Assembly (NCBI GenBank): GCA_000165425.1
Contig: CT868263.1
Span: 1 to 64,000, forward strand
Source of the DNA: Paramecium tetraurelia
Taxonomy: Eukaryota
Length of the DNA stretch: 64,000 nt
Reading direction: 5' to 3'
Part shown: positions 8,788 to 22,352 of the stretch, in pieces
How positions within the stretch are numbered: the first letter of the stretch is position 1
How the letters are laid out: every line of letters begins with the position of its first letter
The notes under the pieces: generated by a model
The model's input: the letters and a program-made list of their open reading frames with translations, nothing else
What the model was told of the DNA's origin: nothing
The model's database searches: none
Program-made: the position numbers and the translations under genes

Positions 8788-11709
8788 ATGTACTAATCAT
8801 AATAATTACATAAGCCTTTAGATAATGATCTGATTAAGGAATATACAAGAAATGGTTATACTGAAGAAGAAATCAGGAATGCATGGGAGGTTACATCTGG
8901 AAATATGATTTAATTTCAATAAATGCTATGGGGAATGAAAAATCAATCATTTATAATAAGTCCAATCAATCAATAATTTAATGATGATATTTAAGTAGCC
9001 GTGGCAGCATCATTATCATTACATTAAAAAAATATTCCAGATGGTAAAGTTAGAAAAGAGAATTTTCCGTGTGGATTGTTAAATGTAGGGAACACATGTT
9101 ATTTTAATTCTCTTCTTCAAACTTATTATTCTATTTACAATTTTGTGCTACCCATTGTTAAATGTGAATTTGATCATATTGATCTTTAAAATATTGTTGA
9201 TAAAAGAGTGGCTAATTCTGTCTTACTTCTTAAAAACTTATAAAATCTTTTTGTGCTGATGATTGGAAGTGATAGGTAATTTGTTGATCCAAAACAAGTA
9301 ATTCATTCTATATATGATGATTTTGGTAAAGCCTTACCTATTGGAGACTAAAAGGATGTTGGCGAATTTAATAACTATTTTCTATCAAGGATTGATGAGG
9401 GAATGACTTACTTAAACTAGTCATTATTAAAAAGTTAATAACCAAATTAAGAATATTAAATTGCATAATCATAAGTTTATCCTCAAAAAACTAATTAACA
9501 TGAATAGAATAAAAGTTTCATTTCGTAAAAATCATTATTAGTCAGATAATCTTCAGTTGTAGCAGAAAATTCTGTTTTATATAAGTTGTTTTATGGCAAA
9601 TTCGCACCTTAACTTACAGTTCAAGGTCTGGGAAGCAAAGATTGCGAAGAAGAAATATTTAACTTTATTCAAATCGATGTGGGTAATAAGTTTTTAATGG
9701 AGGGACTAGAAAAAAATTTGAATCAAGTCTTAGAATATAAAAATGAGAAAGATTAATATTAATAAGCTATCAAATCATTTTGGATCTCATAAGCTCCTCA
9801 AATTCTTTCTTTTTAGATACAAAGGGTGGAATTTCACAAAGAATTTTGTAATTTATTTATATATTAATAGTAACTTTTGCTAAAATTAACTCCCCCTTTT
9901 AATTTGATAAAGAAATCTATATTGATCGTTTCTTATTGTCTAATCAAAAAATTGCTCGAGAAATATAAAGTCAGAATTAATAAATGAGTGATAGATTGAA
10001 GAAAATCGACTTAGAATTGGAATAGTTAAATTCTTTTAATGGAAACATTTAAATTATTTAAAACCTAGAAACTACTTTATAGTTCTTAAAATTATAAACT
10101 CCAAATGAAAAATCAAATCCTTACTATGTGAACAGCAAAGATAACAAGGCAGCCATAGATTCCATCTCTCAATATCATTAATATTTTATATAAAAAAGGG
10201 ATTCCTTATTAAAAGAAAAAAAGGAATTGGAATCAAAAATTTCCTCTAGCTATAACAACTTAAAGAAGTAGAAATATATTTTATAATCTATTTTGATGCA
10301 TGAAGGAAGTCCTGATGGAGGGCATTATTTTGCATACATCTACGACTCTGATGATAAAAAATGGTATTTATTTAATGACATTCATGTTCAGGAAGAGACA
10401 GAATAAAATGTATTTAAATACGCTTTTGGAGATTCATTAAACTCTAAAAGTGCTTACTTAATATAGTATGTCAAGGATGAAAAACCAAAGTAAAATCAGA
10501 ATTAAAATTTTAAGTAAAGGTTATATAGTACAAGTCAAAATATAAATAATTATTTACAAGATGGATATGGAAAATTATTATCATAAAAATAAAAAGATAT
10601 ATTACATAAAGATAATCTAAAGTTAAAGTAAGAAGTTATTCAACAATAATTAATTGGCTAAATAGAAATAATTGTTTCAATATATCTTTAATATTTTGAT
10701 AATGCTAATGAAAAATAAAAACTATATTAGCTCAAATAATATTAATAAATTACATATAAACCACCTTATATTGAAAATTTTGCTATGTTTTTGAAAACGA
10801 AACCTGATGAAAAGATGTTCAGATGGGTTATATTAGATTATGCAATTAAAAAAATGATACCTTAGACTAACGGAATATTTGGACCGCCTGATCTTGAATA
10901 GAATTTAAAAACTTTAATCTTAGAGGAAATAAGTAAATTTGGACAAAATAAACCAATATAACCAATTCCTTAAAGTCAGGAGTACTAAACATCATTAGAA
11001 GAATATAAACTTACTCTTAAGTTATTAGGTATGATTGCTTACATCCTAGAACAATACAACAATAATAGTTTAAAAGAAACTATAATTGCCTTACATGTTT
11101 ACATGAAATTAGCCAAGTTAACCAATTAATAATCCTTTTTTTATAACATGGCCTTATAAATGAAAAATTTAATTTTATTAGGAATTATTTGCAAAATTTA
11201 TTATCAGAAAAATATAACTGATTCAGAAATACTAGTTCTTAAGCTATTAATTGCATTTTAGATGTAGGAACACTTTCTTTATAAAGATCCAAAATAATGG
11301 AGTAAGTAACTCTTGAATTTAATTGGTGTTGCACTTTCTACTTATGGCCAAAATGAAAAATAGACGTAAGATGTTGTCAAACCTCTGGTTCAAAGCAAGA
11401 AAGACGTTGAAATGTGTGCTTTATTGGACACACCATCTTAAGTAAAATTAAATTTATTCTAGAATATTGAATATCATATCTAATCCATTTGGTCCATATA
11501 TTTAAAGAAATAATTTGAAGACTAGTTTGAAGACTTCCTCTAAGATAATTTAATGGTTTCTTTATAAACTTTTTATCAAATCAAAGTAAACTCTTATATT
11601 TATCTGTTAGTGTACTTCACTTCTATTAGAGAAAATCACAAAATCTGATTCAATTTTAGATAAAAAAGATATTTTTAAGATAATTGAAGAAAACCCTCAA
11701 AATAAATGA
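8788..11709 (+). CDS. Ubiquitin-specific protease (C19), USP25/28-like with N-terminal UBA/UIM-like segments
   Basis: Cys box PCGLLNVGNTCYFNSLLQ, GDQKDVGEF, His box LMHEGSPDGGHYFAYI..WYLFND; UIM-like DDDIQVAVAASL. Confidence 0.9.
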
Positions 11710-11728
11710 ATAATATTAAATATATATA

Positions 11729-13124
11729 TCAATAACCATAATTTTAAGTAACGTTATTGCCTGCAATATATGCACTTACATTTCTTTATCTTTTAAATTG
11801 CATTTATGAATCAGCAGATTTTTTGAAGGTACCATCAACATAAGCTCTAAAGCGTAAAAAAAATAGTTACTTTTATTTAAGTTTTTCATAGTCAACATGA
11901 TTAGATAACCCTGGAACAACTCCAATACCAGCTAATTGTGGATCATCTTCAGCCTATTATAATAAATGTCTTTGATACTTCGAATATTTTTTTGTTCATA
12001 TTTAATTCAACCATACTCATTGATGCTTCTTACTATTTTCTATTTTTGTCTTCTTCAATTTGCATAATTAAATCTTATCTGTATTGTTGTTAAAGTATGT
12101 TCTTTTTCTCGCATTGTTCTTTTTCTTGCTTTTAAAATTTTTAATGAAGTCCATGTAAAACTTCCTGATCTTTATATTTGCTGTTTTATTGTTCTCTTTA
12201 ACTTTGCTGCTTCGAGTGAATTTGATTGAGTATTGTATCAACAGTGTCTCTTTTTAGTTTTTCCTTATTAACTCTTTCCATTATGTATTTTTCTTCTTCT
12301 TATCGTTATTTATATGAAGCAGCTTCTTCAATAAATTTTCTTTGAAGTTCTTTTTCTTTATACTCCTTTTGCAAATAAAGATCATTATATTTCTAAAGAA
12401 CATTTTCATTTTGATGATATCCATATTTGATTTTGCTAAGATGCTAACTCATTAAGTAAATGATTACCAATAATCGTTATTCCTCTTCTTTTTGACTTCT
12501 TTATAATTACTCTTATAAAATCTATTATTCTCTTTATCGAGCCAAATATTGATCCATTTTTTTTTATTCCTCCTATTAAGCATAAGATTATGCTAAGTCT
12601 TTTTGAACTTGTTCTTTCTTCTATTATTTTAGATAGAGATCCTTTTTTTCTGCTTAATCCATCATCAATCCAATTTAAAATTGTTACTATCTATCTTAAA
12701 GAAAGTTGAGACGCTTAAAAGTAATTGTAAATAGAAATACTTATTGTTCTTTCTTCATTTATTCTTATTCGAGACTATATCTAATATATTCAGATTATTT
12801 TTATTTAAGTTCCTACAATTTCACCTGTTCAACATTGTCTCTCTAATGTAAGAATTTCTGCATTGCTCCAGCAAATTCAGAATCGTATTTAGTCTTCTAA
12901 ATAGTTGTTTGCTTCTATTCATTAATCAATCTTTCCAATTCTTCTCTATTTTCATTTATATTAACATACCTATATAACCGCTTTCGATTTTCTTATTCTT
13001 CTTTCTCCTACTTTTCTTAGGTTTCTTGTTGTATCCTTTGTCTTTCGATCAATCTTGACCATTAACCACTAGGGTCTAAGATGGATTAAATAAGACTATT
13101 ACCATGCTTACTATAATGAGTCAT
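11729..13124 (-). CDS. Q/E/K/R-rich coiled-coil protein
   Basis: Long charged helical frame in table 6 with several small introns; ends NYGY-TGA. Confidence 0.7.
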
Positions 13125-13236
13125 ATTAACAAACAAAAAGTAAAAATTAATAAAATTTATTTATTAAATATTTAATAACTAGAACACTTAACAAGTTCAA
13201 ATCAAATTAGTAATATAATAAATTAATTAATTAACA

Positions 13237-14325
13237 ATGCGTGGCTAGCGTCCTCTAAGTCCGTAATCAAACTAATAATAAAGTGAAAAAATGAAGTTAG
13301 CCCAAACAGCAATCAAAAAACGAACATCTAAACCTAATTTCTTTACTACATATAGAACTCATGTAATTATATCAAGTACTAATATTAATTTATGCTAATA
13401 GTCATTATTGGGATAATCATCATTGTCGTGTTGTCATTTACTAAATAAATAAAAGAATATATCATCATTAATTAGTCAGAAATCAACTCTCACAATTCCT
13501 AAGGATACCCTTATACTTTAGGACCTAATAATTTCTTCCATGTAAGTTTATCCTCTAATTAGAATGTAACATTAATGCAAGCCAAAACTTTGTTTAAGAA
13601 TGATTTCACATAATAAATTAATGTAGAAAAATGCAAAGTACCTATTAATTTCGAAATTCCAACCTATTTCAATTTCAAAGAATCCTACCCTAATTGCTCT
13701 CACACTATATTCAATCAAGGCAATTGTTCATCCTCTTATTCTATTGCTGTCTCCTCGGCCTTCTCAGATAGAGTCTGTAAACTCAACCAAACCCAATAAT
13801 TGTCAGCATAGAATCTATTATCTTGCGATGGCAAATTGAATCAAGGATGCACAGGAGGACACATCACTAGATCAGCTGAATATATTATTAAACATGGTTT
13901 GACTACTAATGAATGTCACCCATTCAGAGGTGATGACAATTTCTAAGAATGCACAAAAGCACTTGAAAAATGCTAAAGATTTAAAGCTAATTCATTTTGT
14001 CAATTGTAAAATAAGGATGTATGTGACCAATTAATTTTAGGATATAAAACGAGACATTATAAATAGAGGTCCTGTTGTTGCTATTATGCAAGTCTACAAA
14101 GACTTTTTAGTTTATAGAGATGGAGTATATTAGGTTTTAGAAGGAACACCTAGATTTCATGGAGGACATGCTATCAAAATTATTGGATGGGGAGAATAAA
14201 ATGGATATTAATATTGGATTATTGAAAACACATGGGGTACCAGTTGGGGAACTGAAGGATTAGCAAAACTGGCTATGGATGGTTTTATAGATCTGTCATT
14301 ACAAGCATTATCAATTATTTATTGA
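13237..14325 (+). CDS. Papain-family (C1A, cathepsin B-like) protein with Ser at the catalytic Cys position
   Basis: NQGNCSSSYSIA (vs QGxCGSCWAF), LSAQNLLSCDG..GCTGG, GGHAIKIIGWG, YWIIENTWGTSWGTEG; N-terminal hydrophobic stretch; small introns. Confidence 0.88.
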
Positions 14326-14383
14326 AGATTATATTAAAGTATGCATATTTATGATGTTAATAATTCAAATAAATCAAATTCAA

Positions 14384-14900
14384 ATGAATAGAACTCCCTC
14401 TCATTCCTTATATATGAGAAATTCTCATAATCAATCTCATTCGCCAATACCTTAATAAAAATTTATTACTCCAGAAAAATTAGTAAGAGTTAGTGGAAGT
14501 TCAGGCGTAAAAATGAATTCAATTTAAAAAAATGGTACAAGAATTAGAAGTGAGGCAGTTGAAACTGTTAATAAGGCGAAGGAACAATAAAAGCTACAAG
14601 AATATGTTTAGGAATTTGAATATAGTAATTTTTATCAATAAAGAGTTAGAACTTGTGTAATAAAAAAATGAAGAATAATAATAATTAGAGATGAGAATCT
14701 TAATGTTGTTACAAAAAAATCATGATTAAGCAGAAGAAATGGAATTATTGAAATAAGAGAATGAATAATTAAAACAATTATTGTATGAATAACAGACTTA
14801 AATTGTTGAGTAAAGTTAAGAAATTTTGGCATTAAAAGTTTATAAAGATGGATTAAAGAAGTTAAGTTTCAGTGATTACTTTCGATAATAAAATATATGA
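14384..14900 (+). CDS. Small hypothetical coiled-coil protein
   Basis: Two open segments joined by a probable intron of about 19-20 nt near 14625; E/Q/L-rich second half. Confidence 0.4.
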
Positions 14901-15446
14901 GTTTCACTTTTTGATTTTAAGTATAGGTTAATTAATAAAGATTATTCTTTGGAATAATAAGTTATTCGTTTTTAGTTCTTTATGAGAAATTAACAAAGAA
15001 AAGGTTTGACTGCTTGTCTGAATGTTATTCATACTTTATATAAATTGAAGTCAGGTTTTTAAGTTAAAACAATCGAATAATTTATCATAAAATACATCTT
15101 TTATTAATTGATACTCTATCTATTTTTAAATTTATATTTGGTTTATTATATTGTAAACAAATTTATTAGAAGTATCATTTTGAAAAATTATGAATTTTGT
15201 TGAGTACTTTTATTAATTTAAGAAATCAGATATTATTATGGACTTTAAAAATTATAATTTATACAGAATTCGTAATTCGTAATACGCTTCTTATTTTTAT
15301 TAAATCAATTATTACTAGGTTTTCCTTATTCTAATAAAAAACATCATAAATTTGAAAGAATCATAAACATAAAAGGATGTTCCATAAAGAGAATTACTAA
15401 TAATTTTGTTTGTGATTAATGATTTTTATATAATAGATAATATATA

Positions 15447-16626
15447 ATGTAGTAATTTGATAAAGATATTCTTGTTAGTGAAGTGGTTCAAATTAGAAAC
15501 ACAAAGACAGGCAGCTATTTGGCTGCTACAGGATTTAATACTTAGGAAAAGGGATTTTTGTTTAGCAGTACAACAAATATAAATAATTATTACGTGGTGG
15601 GGAGCGATGATCCATATAATCATTATACACTTTGGACTATAGTTAAAGTTTTTGATGATACAAATAGAATAAATTATGGTGATATTGTTTTTCTAAAGAA
15701 TTTGAGCACTAAATTGTATTTGATATACGAATTCGAGAAATTATCAGAAGTTTCTAATTAAGTCAGAGTTTCATTGAATGAAAAAAGATAAGAAAATTTT
15801 CCGTTGATTTTACAATAATAAGGAGAACATATATTTTCATCCAAGTAATATAGCATTAAGAATAATATGCATTTAAAGATCTAAACTACAAAATTAACTT
15901 ATTTCTTATAAACCTCAAATAAAAATTATACTTCTAAACAGGTTAAAGATTATAAGGAAATATCATGTGGGAAGGAAAGTGATTATAATAATTGGGAGAT
16001 TGTTAAATTGAATGAAGAGAGACAATAATTTTTTGAAATCGAACCAACATAGTAATTGAAAATAAATGCCCAAGAAATCTTTGATAGTGATAAGATAATA
16101 ATCAGAAATTATAAAACTGGATACTCTTTACATTCACACAAGAAATAATATGCATCTACTGGAATGTAGGAAGTTACATGCTTTAGCTATGAGAGAGATG
16201 GTATTATTATTTATTCTACATGATAGTCAATGATTGGTGGGTTATACAATAAACTTATTAGATGGCCTCAAAGTAGATACAAGATCAAATGCCTATAAAT
16301 TTAGTTCATTAAGAAACGATCAAATTTTTGAGTGTAGATGAGTATAATCTCGCTAAATCAAAGAATGGTAATTAAGTCAGAGCCACGTAAGCGTCTATGC
16401 AACAATCATTTATTATTTCAAGTATTTATATAATTATCATTTTATAGCTATTGATAATTAATCTCTGATTATTGGTAAACCATTTTTCTTGTTTTATTAA
16501 CCACTCAATAAATATTTGTGTTAAGGACCCTCAATTTCAGAAATGCAATAAACCTAATATGAAGCTATAATGGTAGATAAAATAACAAATTCATGTTTAT
16601 GGGTTATTGAAAAAAAAATTAAATGA
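15447..16626 (+). CDS. MIR-domain (beta-trefoil) protein
   Basis: Repeated MIR-like units: VQIRNTKTGSYL, INYGDIVFLKNLSTKLYL, IIIRNYKTGYSLHSHKKQY..QEVTCF..NDWWVI. Confidence 0.75.
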
Positions 16627-16659
16627 ATATAAAATATTAATTTAAATTGATGATAAATT

Positions 16660-16666
16660 AAAAAAA
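16660..16666 (-). terminator. RNA polymerase III oligo-T terminator of the tRNA gene
   Basis: T7 run on the minus strand just after the discriminator base. Confidence 0.75.
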
Positions 16667-16667
16667 T

Positions 16668-16750
16668 TGCACACAGTGAGATTTGAACTCACGCGAGAAT
16701 GACTCACCGCATCTTGAGTGCGGCCCCTTAGACCACTCGGGCATGTGTGC
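16668..16750 (-). tRNA. tRNA-Leu (anticodon CAA)
   Basis: Reverse complement GCACACA TG CCCGAGTGGTCTAAGGGG CCGCA CT-CAA-GA TGCGG [long variable arm] GTGAG TTCAAAT CTCAC TGTGTGC A; all stems pair, no intron. Confidence 0.97.
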
Positions 16751-17140
16751 TATATCGAGAATTTGGTTTTGATTTCAATTATAAACTAGTCTAAATATAT
16801 TAGGTATTATATAATTTTAATGAAAATTTCTTTTCTAATTTTTTACACTAATTTAATTATGTTATTTAAACATTTATATTATCAATTGATTTTTTAGTCA
16901 AATTCTTAATTTATAATAGATTATTTCATATAAAATATATGTTAAGAATTTTGATTTTTGTTATCATTTAGCCCTTTCAAATAAATTTTAAATTTTCAAC
17001 AAATTTCAGATCAAAATAAACTGAAATATTAAAGATAATGATATAACTTCTCTCATGAATCAAGTTCTTTATTATTTAAGGAGATTTTGTAGATAATTGC
17101 AGTTGATGAAATTTGAATACAATATTTAATAAATTTAAAC

Positions 17141-18157
17141 TCATAAATATTCCTTTAATATTTGATTGCTGAATTCCCATAATTCCTCAACTTAATTCAA
17201 TTTCTTAATGCTCTTGCTATGCTTACTTAATCTGTTTTTTTCATAATATCCACCAGTTAATAGTTCTCTGTATGGCATTAAAGTGCAATATACCGTAGTT
17301 TCAGCTCCTTCTTCTACTGATAAAGTCATAGGTCTAAAAAACCAAAACATGATCTTTTAAATTAATTACAACAGTATTGTATTTCCAGCCTTGTCTAAAA
17401 GTTCAGTTTTAATTACTCCAGGATGGAGAGCCACTACTTTTGTATTCTTTAACATTTAGGATAGCTTCAAACATAATAAAACCCCACAATATTTAGTATT
17501 ATTATAATTCTCTAAATATTTCCCATTTAAAACATCATTAAAATTCAATTTTGATCTAATCAATTCATGCATAACAGATGAAACTATTATTATTCTACTT
17601 TCCTTGCTTAGTGAATCAATTAATAGTCTGGTCAGAAGGAAATGCCCTAAGTAATTAGTGGCAAAAACTAGTTCATGATTATTTTTATTATATTTATGCC
17701 ACCATTATGCAATACCAGCATTGTTGATAAGAATATCTAAAACACCAAATTTACTTTTAAAGTTTTTAACAAATTCTTTCACATTATCATAATCATCCAA
17801 CTGAAGATTCATATAATGTAATTTTGAATTTCCTGTTACTTATTTTATTTCATTGATAACTTTCATTGTTTTTTATTCATCCCTACATGCAAAAACAATT
17901 GTGGCATTTTACCATGCCAACCTTTTTGCTGTTTCCTTTCCTATTCCTGCACTTGCTCCTGTTATAATAACAATTTTGCCTTCCAAATTGATTTAGTTAT
18001 ATATCCTTAATGGACCTCTTTGATATTTATGAACAAAATATGCTATCATAAAATATGTTAAAGCCAATAGTGGTAAAGAATAATGAATGTAGAAGAGTAT
18101 AATCAAACTACTTCCAATAATTGGGTAATATTTTGAATAAATAATATTATTAAACAT
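17141..18157 (-). CDS. Short-chain dehydrogenase/reductase (retinol dehydrogenase-like) with N-terminal membrane anchor
   Basis: KIVIITGASAGIGKETA, ILINNAG, YYNTK (YxxxK), ALHPGVIKT, EELWEFS. Confidence 0.92.
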
Positions 18158-18289
18158 TTTTTATTGTTTTTATATTGTATAAAAATATTTGATAATACTT
18201 ATTACAATTAATTCAAAATTTAATAAATTAATTGATCCAGGATTATCAGAAATATTGTTTATTAAGCAAAGAAAATGAATAAAAATAAT

Positions 18290-19238
18290 TCAAAGGATGA
18301 ATTTGACAGCTTCTTAAGGAAATTCTGTTATAATTCCTTAAAGCAATGTACTACTCCTTTAATATATTTTACCAATATCTTATTCATCAAATAGTTTCTT
18401 GATATCTTCACTATCATCTTAGAATGTCCACCCATAAATGATTAAACCATTCTTTTTAGCCTCATTATAATATTCATGAGTTTAATTATTTTACCAAACC
18501 AATCTTAAATCTAAACCAACTATTTTAGCATATTGAGCAATTTCAGTTATCGTTGGGATATTTTTATCTTCAAACCAAACCAATTATGCTAAAGGGAGAT
18601 CAGAACGAGCACTAAAATATTAAAGTACTTATTTTTCAAATGCCATAATCACAATTGGTAATTTTTAAGAGCATTCATGAAGTGTACTCAAACCCTATTC
18701 TTTCAAAAAGTTATGTATAATTTCAGCAATATTAATATTACAATATTTTTAATGATATTCGAAATCCTTAATTTCTAAGAGGATCCCTTTTTTATTTTCA
18801 GTGTTTTGATTATAATTTAAGAAGTACTCAACAATTTCCTTTAAAGAGGGTATTTAAAGATGTCCATCATACTCACTTTTACGATTGTTTATGCATTAAC
18901 TCAAATGTAATTCTTTCAATTCTTCAAAAGTGAAATCAGAAATCCACCAATCTGATTTTTCTTTATCATAAAGAATTCTAGACTGCTTTCTATTTTCAAA
19001 TTTATCATGATTTTTCACATCGCTTACTAAACTTAAAAAAGCATCGTGACAAACCATAGGAAGTCCATCTTTGTTTAAAACGACATCCAATTCGATAAAA
19101 TCAGAAAATTAAAGAGCTGATTTAAAACCTTCTAATGTATTTTCTACGTTTAAGTTATAAAATACCAGGGTAAAGACTGGATAATCCTCTATGAGCAGCT
19201 ATAAGAGGCTTAACCTTTTAGTAATAGGACAATAACAT
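18290..19238 (-). CDS. Glycerophosphodiester phosphodiesterase
   Basis: AAHRGLSSLYP|ENTLEGF..DFIELDVVLNKDGLPMVCHD, GIITEFP; intron near 19146-19166. Confidence 0.92.
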
Positions 19239-19338
19239 GAATTTTTAAATTGTGTATTTTAAAAATGATATATTATATTGCGTATGATTTGTTCATTTAT
19301 ATAATTCATAATTTAATAATTGTATGAAACTATTATCT

Positions 19339-20458
19339 AAATTATACGTTATAGCAATTCAATATTTTTTACCTTTAATAATCGCAGTAGTCTTAGACTT
19401 GGTCAAATATTTGTTGCATTTGTGATCTACAAAGTCAAACAATTAAGCATCGACTCCCATTCCTATTTTTCTTGCTTCATTGTTATATTTTACTACATTT
19501 TTATTTAACTTATGCCTAATAAAAAATGTCTATACATGTCATCCACATATTCGACCATGCATTATTCAGTTTAGGCAATCATCCTTCTTAATTCAGCTAA
19601 ATCATCATAAGGTCTTTCTTCTTGAGCAATTAAATCTTTAAGCATATTAGTGCAATCAGTTTCTTCCTTATAATGCTCTTATTTTTGACTCGATTTTTTG
19701 TATTATTATTTTTATGGGATAGAATTAACTGCTGTAATTAAAAAAGTTTCCTTTTTTCTCTATGCAGCCAATTTCTTCCTTCCCTCTTCAAAAAAAGATG
19801 GGTTGGCTTCTTTCTTTTATTAAATTCTTTGTTTTGCCTATTCAAGTAAATCAACTTTTGGTTGTGTTGTTTAAACTTATTCTTTTTTTGGTTAATCAAT
19901 AAAGAGGTTATCCAACTTGGAGAATAAATTCTAGTTTCAAATGATCAAATAACCTCTTCTAATTCACTAATTTTACTTTTTCTGTTAATAATAGGTAGGG
20001 ATTAGGTTGGAAATGATCTTTGCATATAATATATATTTATTTTATTAATACATATAGATGTTTCAATTCTCACCTAATTTGACTTTTTTTTCTGCTTTAT
20101 CACATTTTTCTAAATTGCTGCTTGAGGAAGATAAGATTGAAGAGGATCTAGAAGTTGTTTCATTTTTAATTGAATTGGAATTTTTATCTAATATTTCAGC
20201 ATCATCATCGCTGATAACTACAAATGTCTTATTTATAAAATGATCTAATGCTTGTTTAGTTATTTTAATCTTGGTATTCTTCAATTAAGGAGTGTTCTTT
20301 TCAATAATCTCAAATGAGGAATCTTAATCATTGGTATGTTTCTTTTGCATCATTTGCTTTTTAGTAAGTTTTCTGAATCTAGGTTTGTTTTCTGTCAAGA
20401 GCTAGTCTGTAATGACAGCCAATACTCCGTCGGTTGACATCACACGATTTCTTTTCAT
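19339..20458 (-). CDS. Hypothetical low-complexity protein
   Basis: Open in table 6 with small introns; no motif recognised. Confidence 0.6.
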
Positions 20459-20535
20459 ATTTATCATATTTTAATTTAATTTAATTGAATAATGGAAATA
20501 GAATTTTTAATAATAAGATATTCTATATATTTGTT

Positions 20536-21441
20536 TCATCTGTAGATACTAGCCAGCGTCTTGAAACTATCTTTAAGATGAATTGATTTATATGTTGATT
20601 AACCCTATCTTAATTTGTTGAGTTGAATTGGATATAATTTAAAGGATCGAGGTGATGATTATGTTGGTTCAGTTTTAACTCTATGAGATGGAAATGCCGA
20701 ATATCTTTAACTGTACTAAAATATCTTGGTTTGAGATTATTCTAGAAGTAATTTAGTAGTTCTCGAGACAGATTTATATTTGTTGATAGGCGACTTATTT
20801 TAACTTACATATGATATTTTGATGTTTTCTTATGAAATATGAGATTTTAGTTTATCTTAAAACTTATGTCTTCTTAACTTACTGCTTTGATTTTTTATTT
20901 ATTATAAAAACTTATTAATTTTGTCAAAAAATGGATCATTTTAATGTCTGATTTATTTTTCACTCATTTTCCCACATTAAGTACAATAACAACTATATCT
21001 TCGTCTTCTATTTATATTATCATTTTTGGACGGCTATTTTATTTATTTCACTATCTCATCAAAATCCTAATTGGATGTCTTTAGCATTTTTAATGTTTAG
21101 ACTATCGTTTTGCTTTTACTATTATCTTGGATTCCTCTTCTAAATTTAAGAATAGCCACATCTTCCATTAGTTGAGTTTGCCTTCTTCTTTTTTCTCTCT
21201 TCTCTATTTCATGAATTGATTGCTTAGTTTTGAATTCAGGCAAAATGTTTTTGAATCTAGTCTAGAATTTATTCATCGATCCAAATTCATCACCATAACA
21301 ACTAATTCTTCTGGTTTACCCATGTGAATAATCCAAAATATACTTACTTTCGAGATTTACAAAGCTTTGACAAAATTTATTTTTTTTTTGAACTATTTCT
21401 CTTTTAACAGTTACATTCCTTCTATTTCTGTACCTCTTCAT
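20536..21441 (-). CDS. Hypothetical protein with two RRxSCxCxxCG-type motifs (one degenerate)
   Basis: RRISCYGDEFGSMNKFQ and RRYSCYCTQCGKMSEKQ; ends TGA 20536-20538. Confidence 0.7.
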
Positions 21442-21488
21442 ACGTAACCTTATTTTTATAATAAATATTAATATTTAATTATAGACAT

Positions 21489-22295
21489 TCATTATCGATT
21501 ACTAAATTTTGGATTATATTTTTAAGTCTCATAGATATTTAGTATTTCAATTGTCTTCATATAGGAGCTTTTCACAATTGGAAGGTTTAGTTTCTTTTTG
21601 TTTTCGAGTTTCGCTCCAAATTCTCTACTACTAGAATTTGTCTTTGTAATTTGTTTTCCTTATTCACTTTTCACAATATTTCTATTTTATAATCCTTCAA
21701 CTATTTATTTCTTAGGCTTTACTAATGATCTTCTATTTAGTTTATGTACAACTAGGTTAGCCAGATTGCAAATGTTCTTATTATTTTAATTATTCTCTCT
21801 TTCTTAATCATCATCGTATTATACTTATCTTATCGGACTTATTCCTTTAAATATTTATTCTAAATTCTATTTTCTAATGGATTTGTTGATTTTTCCTCGA
21901 TTGATTTATATTGATTTGCAAAATTCTTAAAACTTAGTATTTAAACCACATTCTTAACAATCACAACTTTTTTATCTTTTATACTGTTATAAAGTTTGTA
22001 AACGTTAAGAATTTTAATCATTACTATTAATCCCAATTTTAATATTATCATAACTGATCTGTCTTTAAAATGAAGACTTACATTCAAAATTTACATTACT
22101 ATTTATTTTTGAAAATTATTGTATGTAACTAGATACATTCATATGCTTGAATTAAAATTAATTTAATCTTCCACAATTATTACAAGTACAACTTTTTCTT
22201 CTCTACTTTTATTCATCTTAAATATTCTCTGTTTGGACAAGATAAAAGCTTCTGTGTTTTTTCTATTCTGAGACAATAATAGAAGTGAGGCACAT
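21489..22295 (-). CDS. Hypothetical protein with two RRxSCxCxxCG motifs
   Basis: RRKSCTCNNCGRLNQFQ and RQKSCDCQECGLNTKFQ in one open frame. Confidence 0.72.
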
Positions 22296-22352
22296 TATAA
22301 TTGTATTTGATTATAAATAATTATAAAAAATTAAATAAAAATTAAAGAACAA

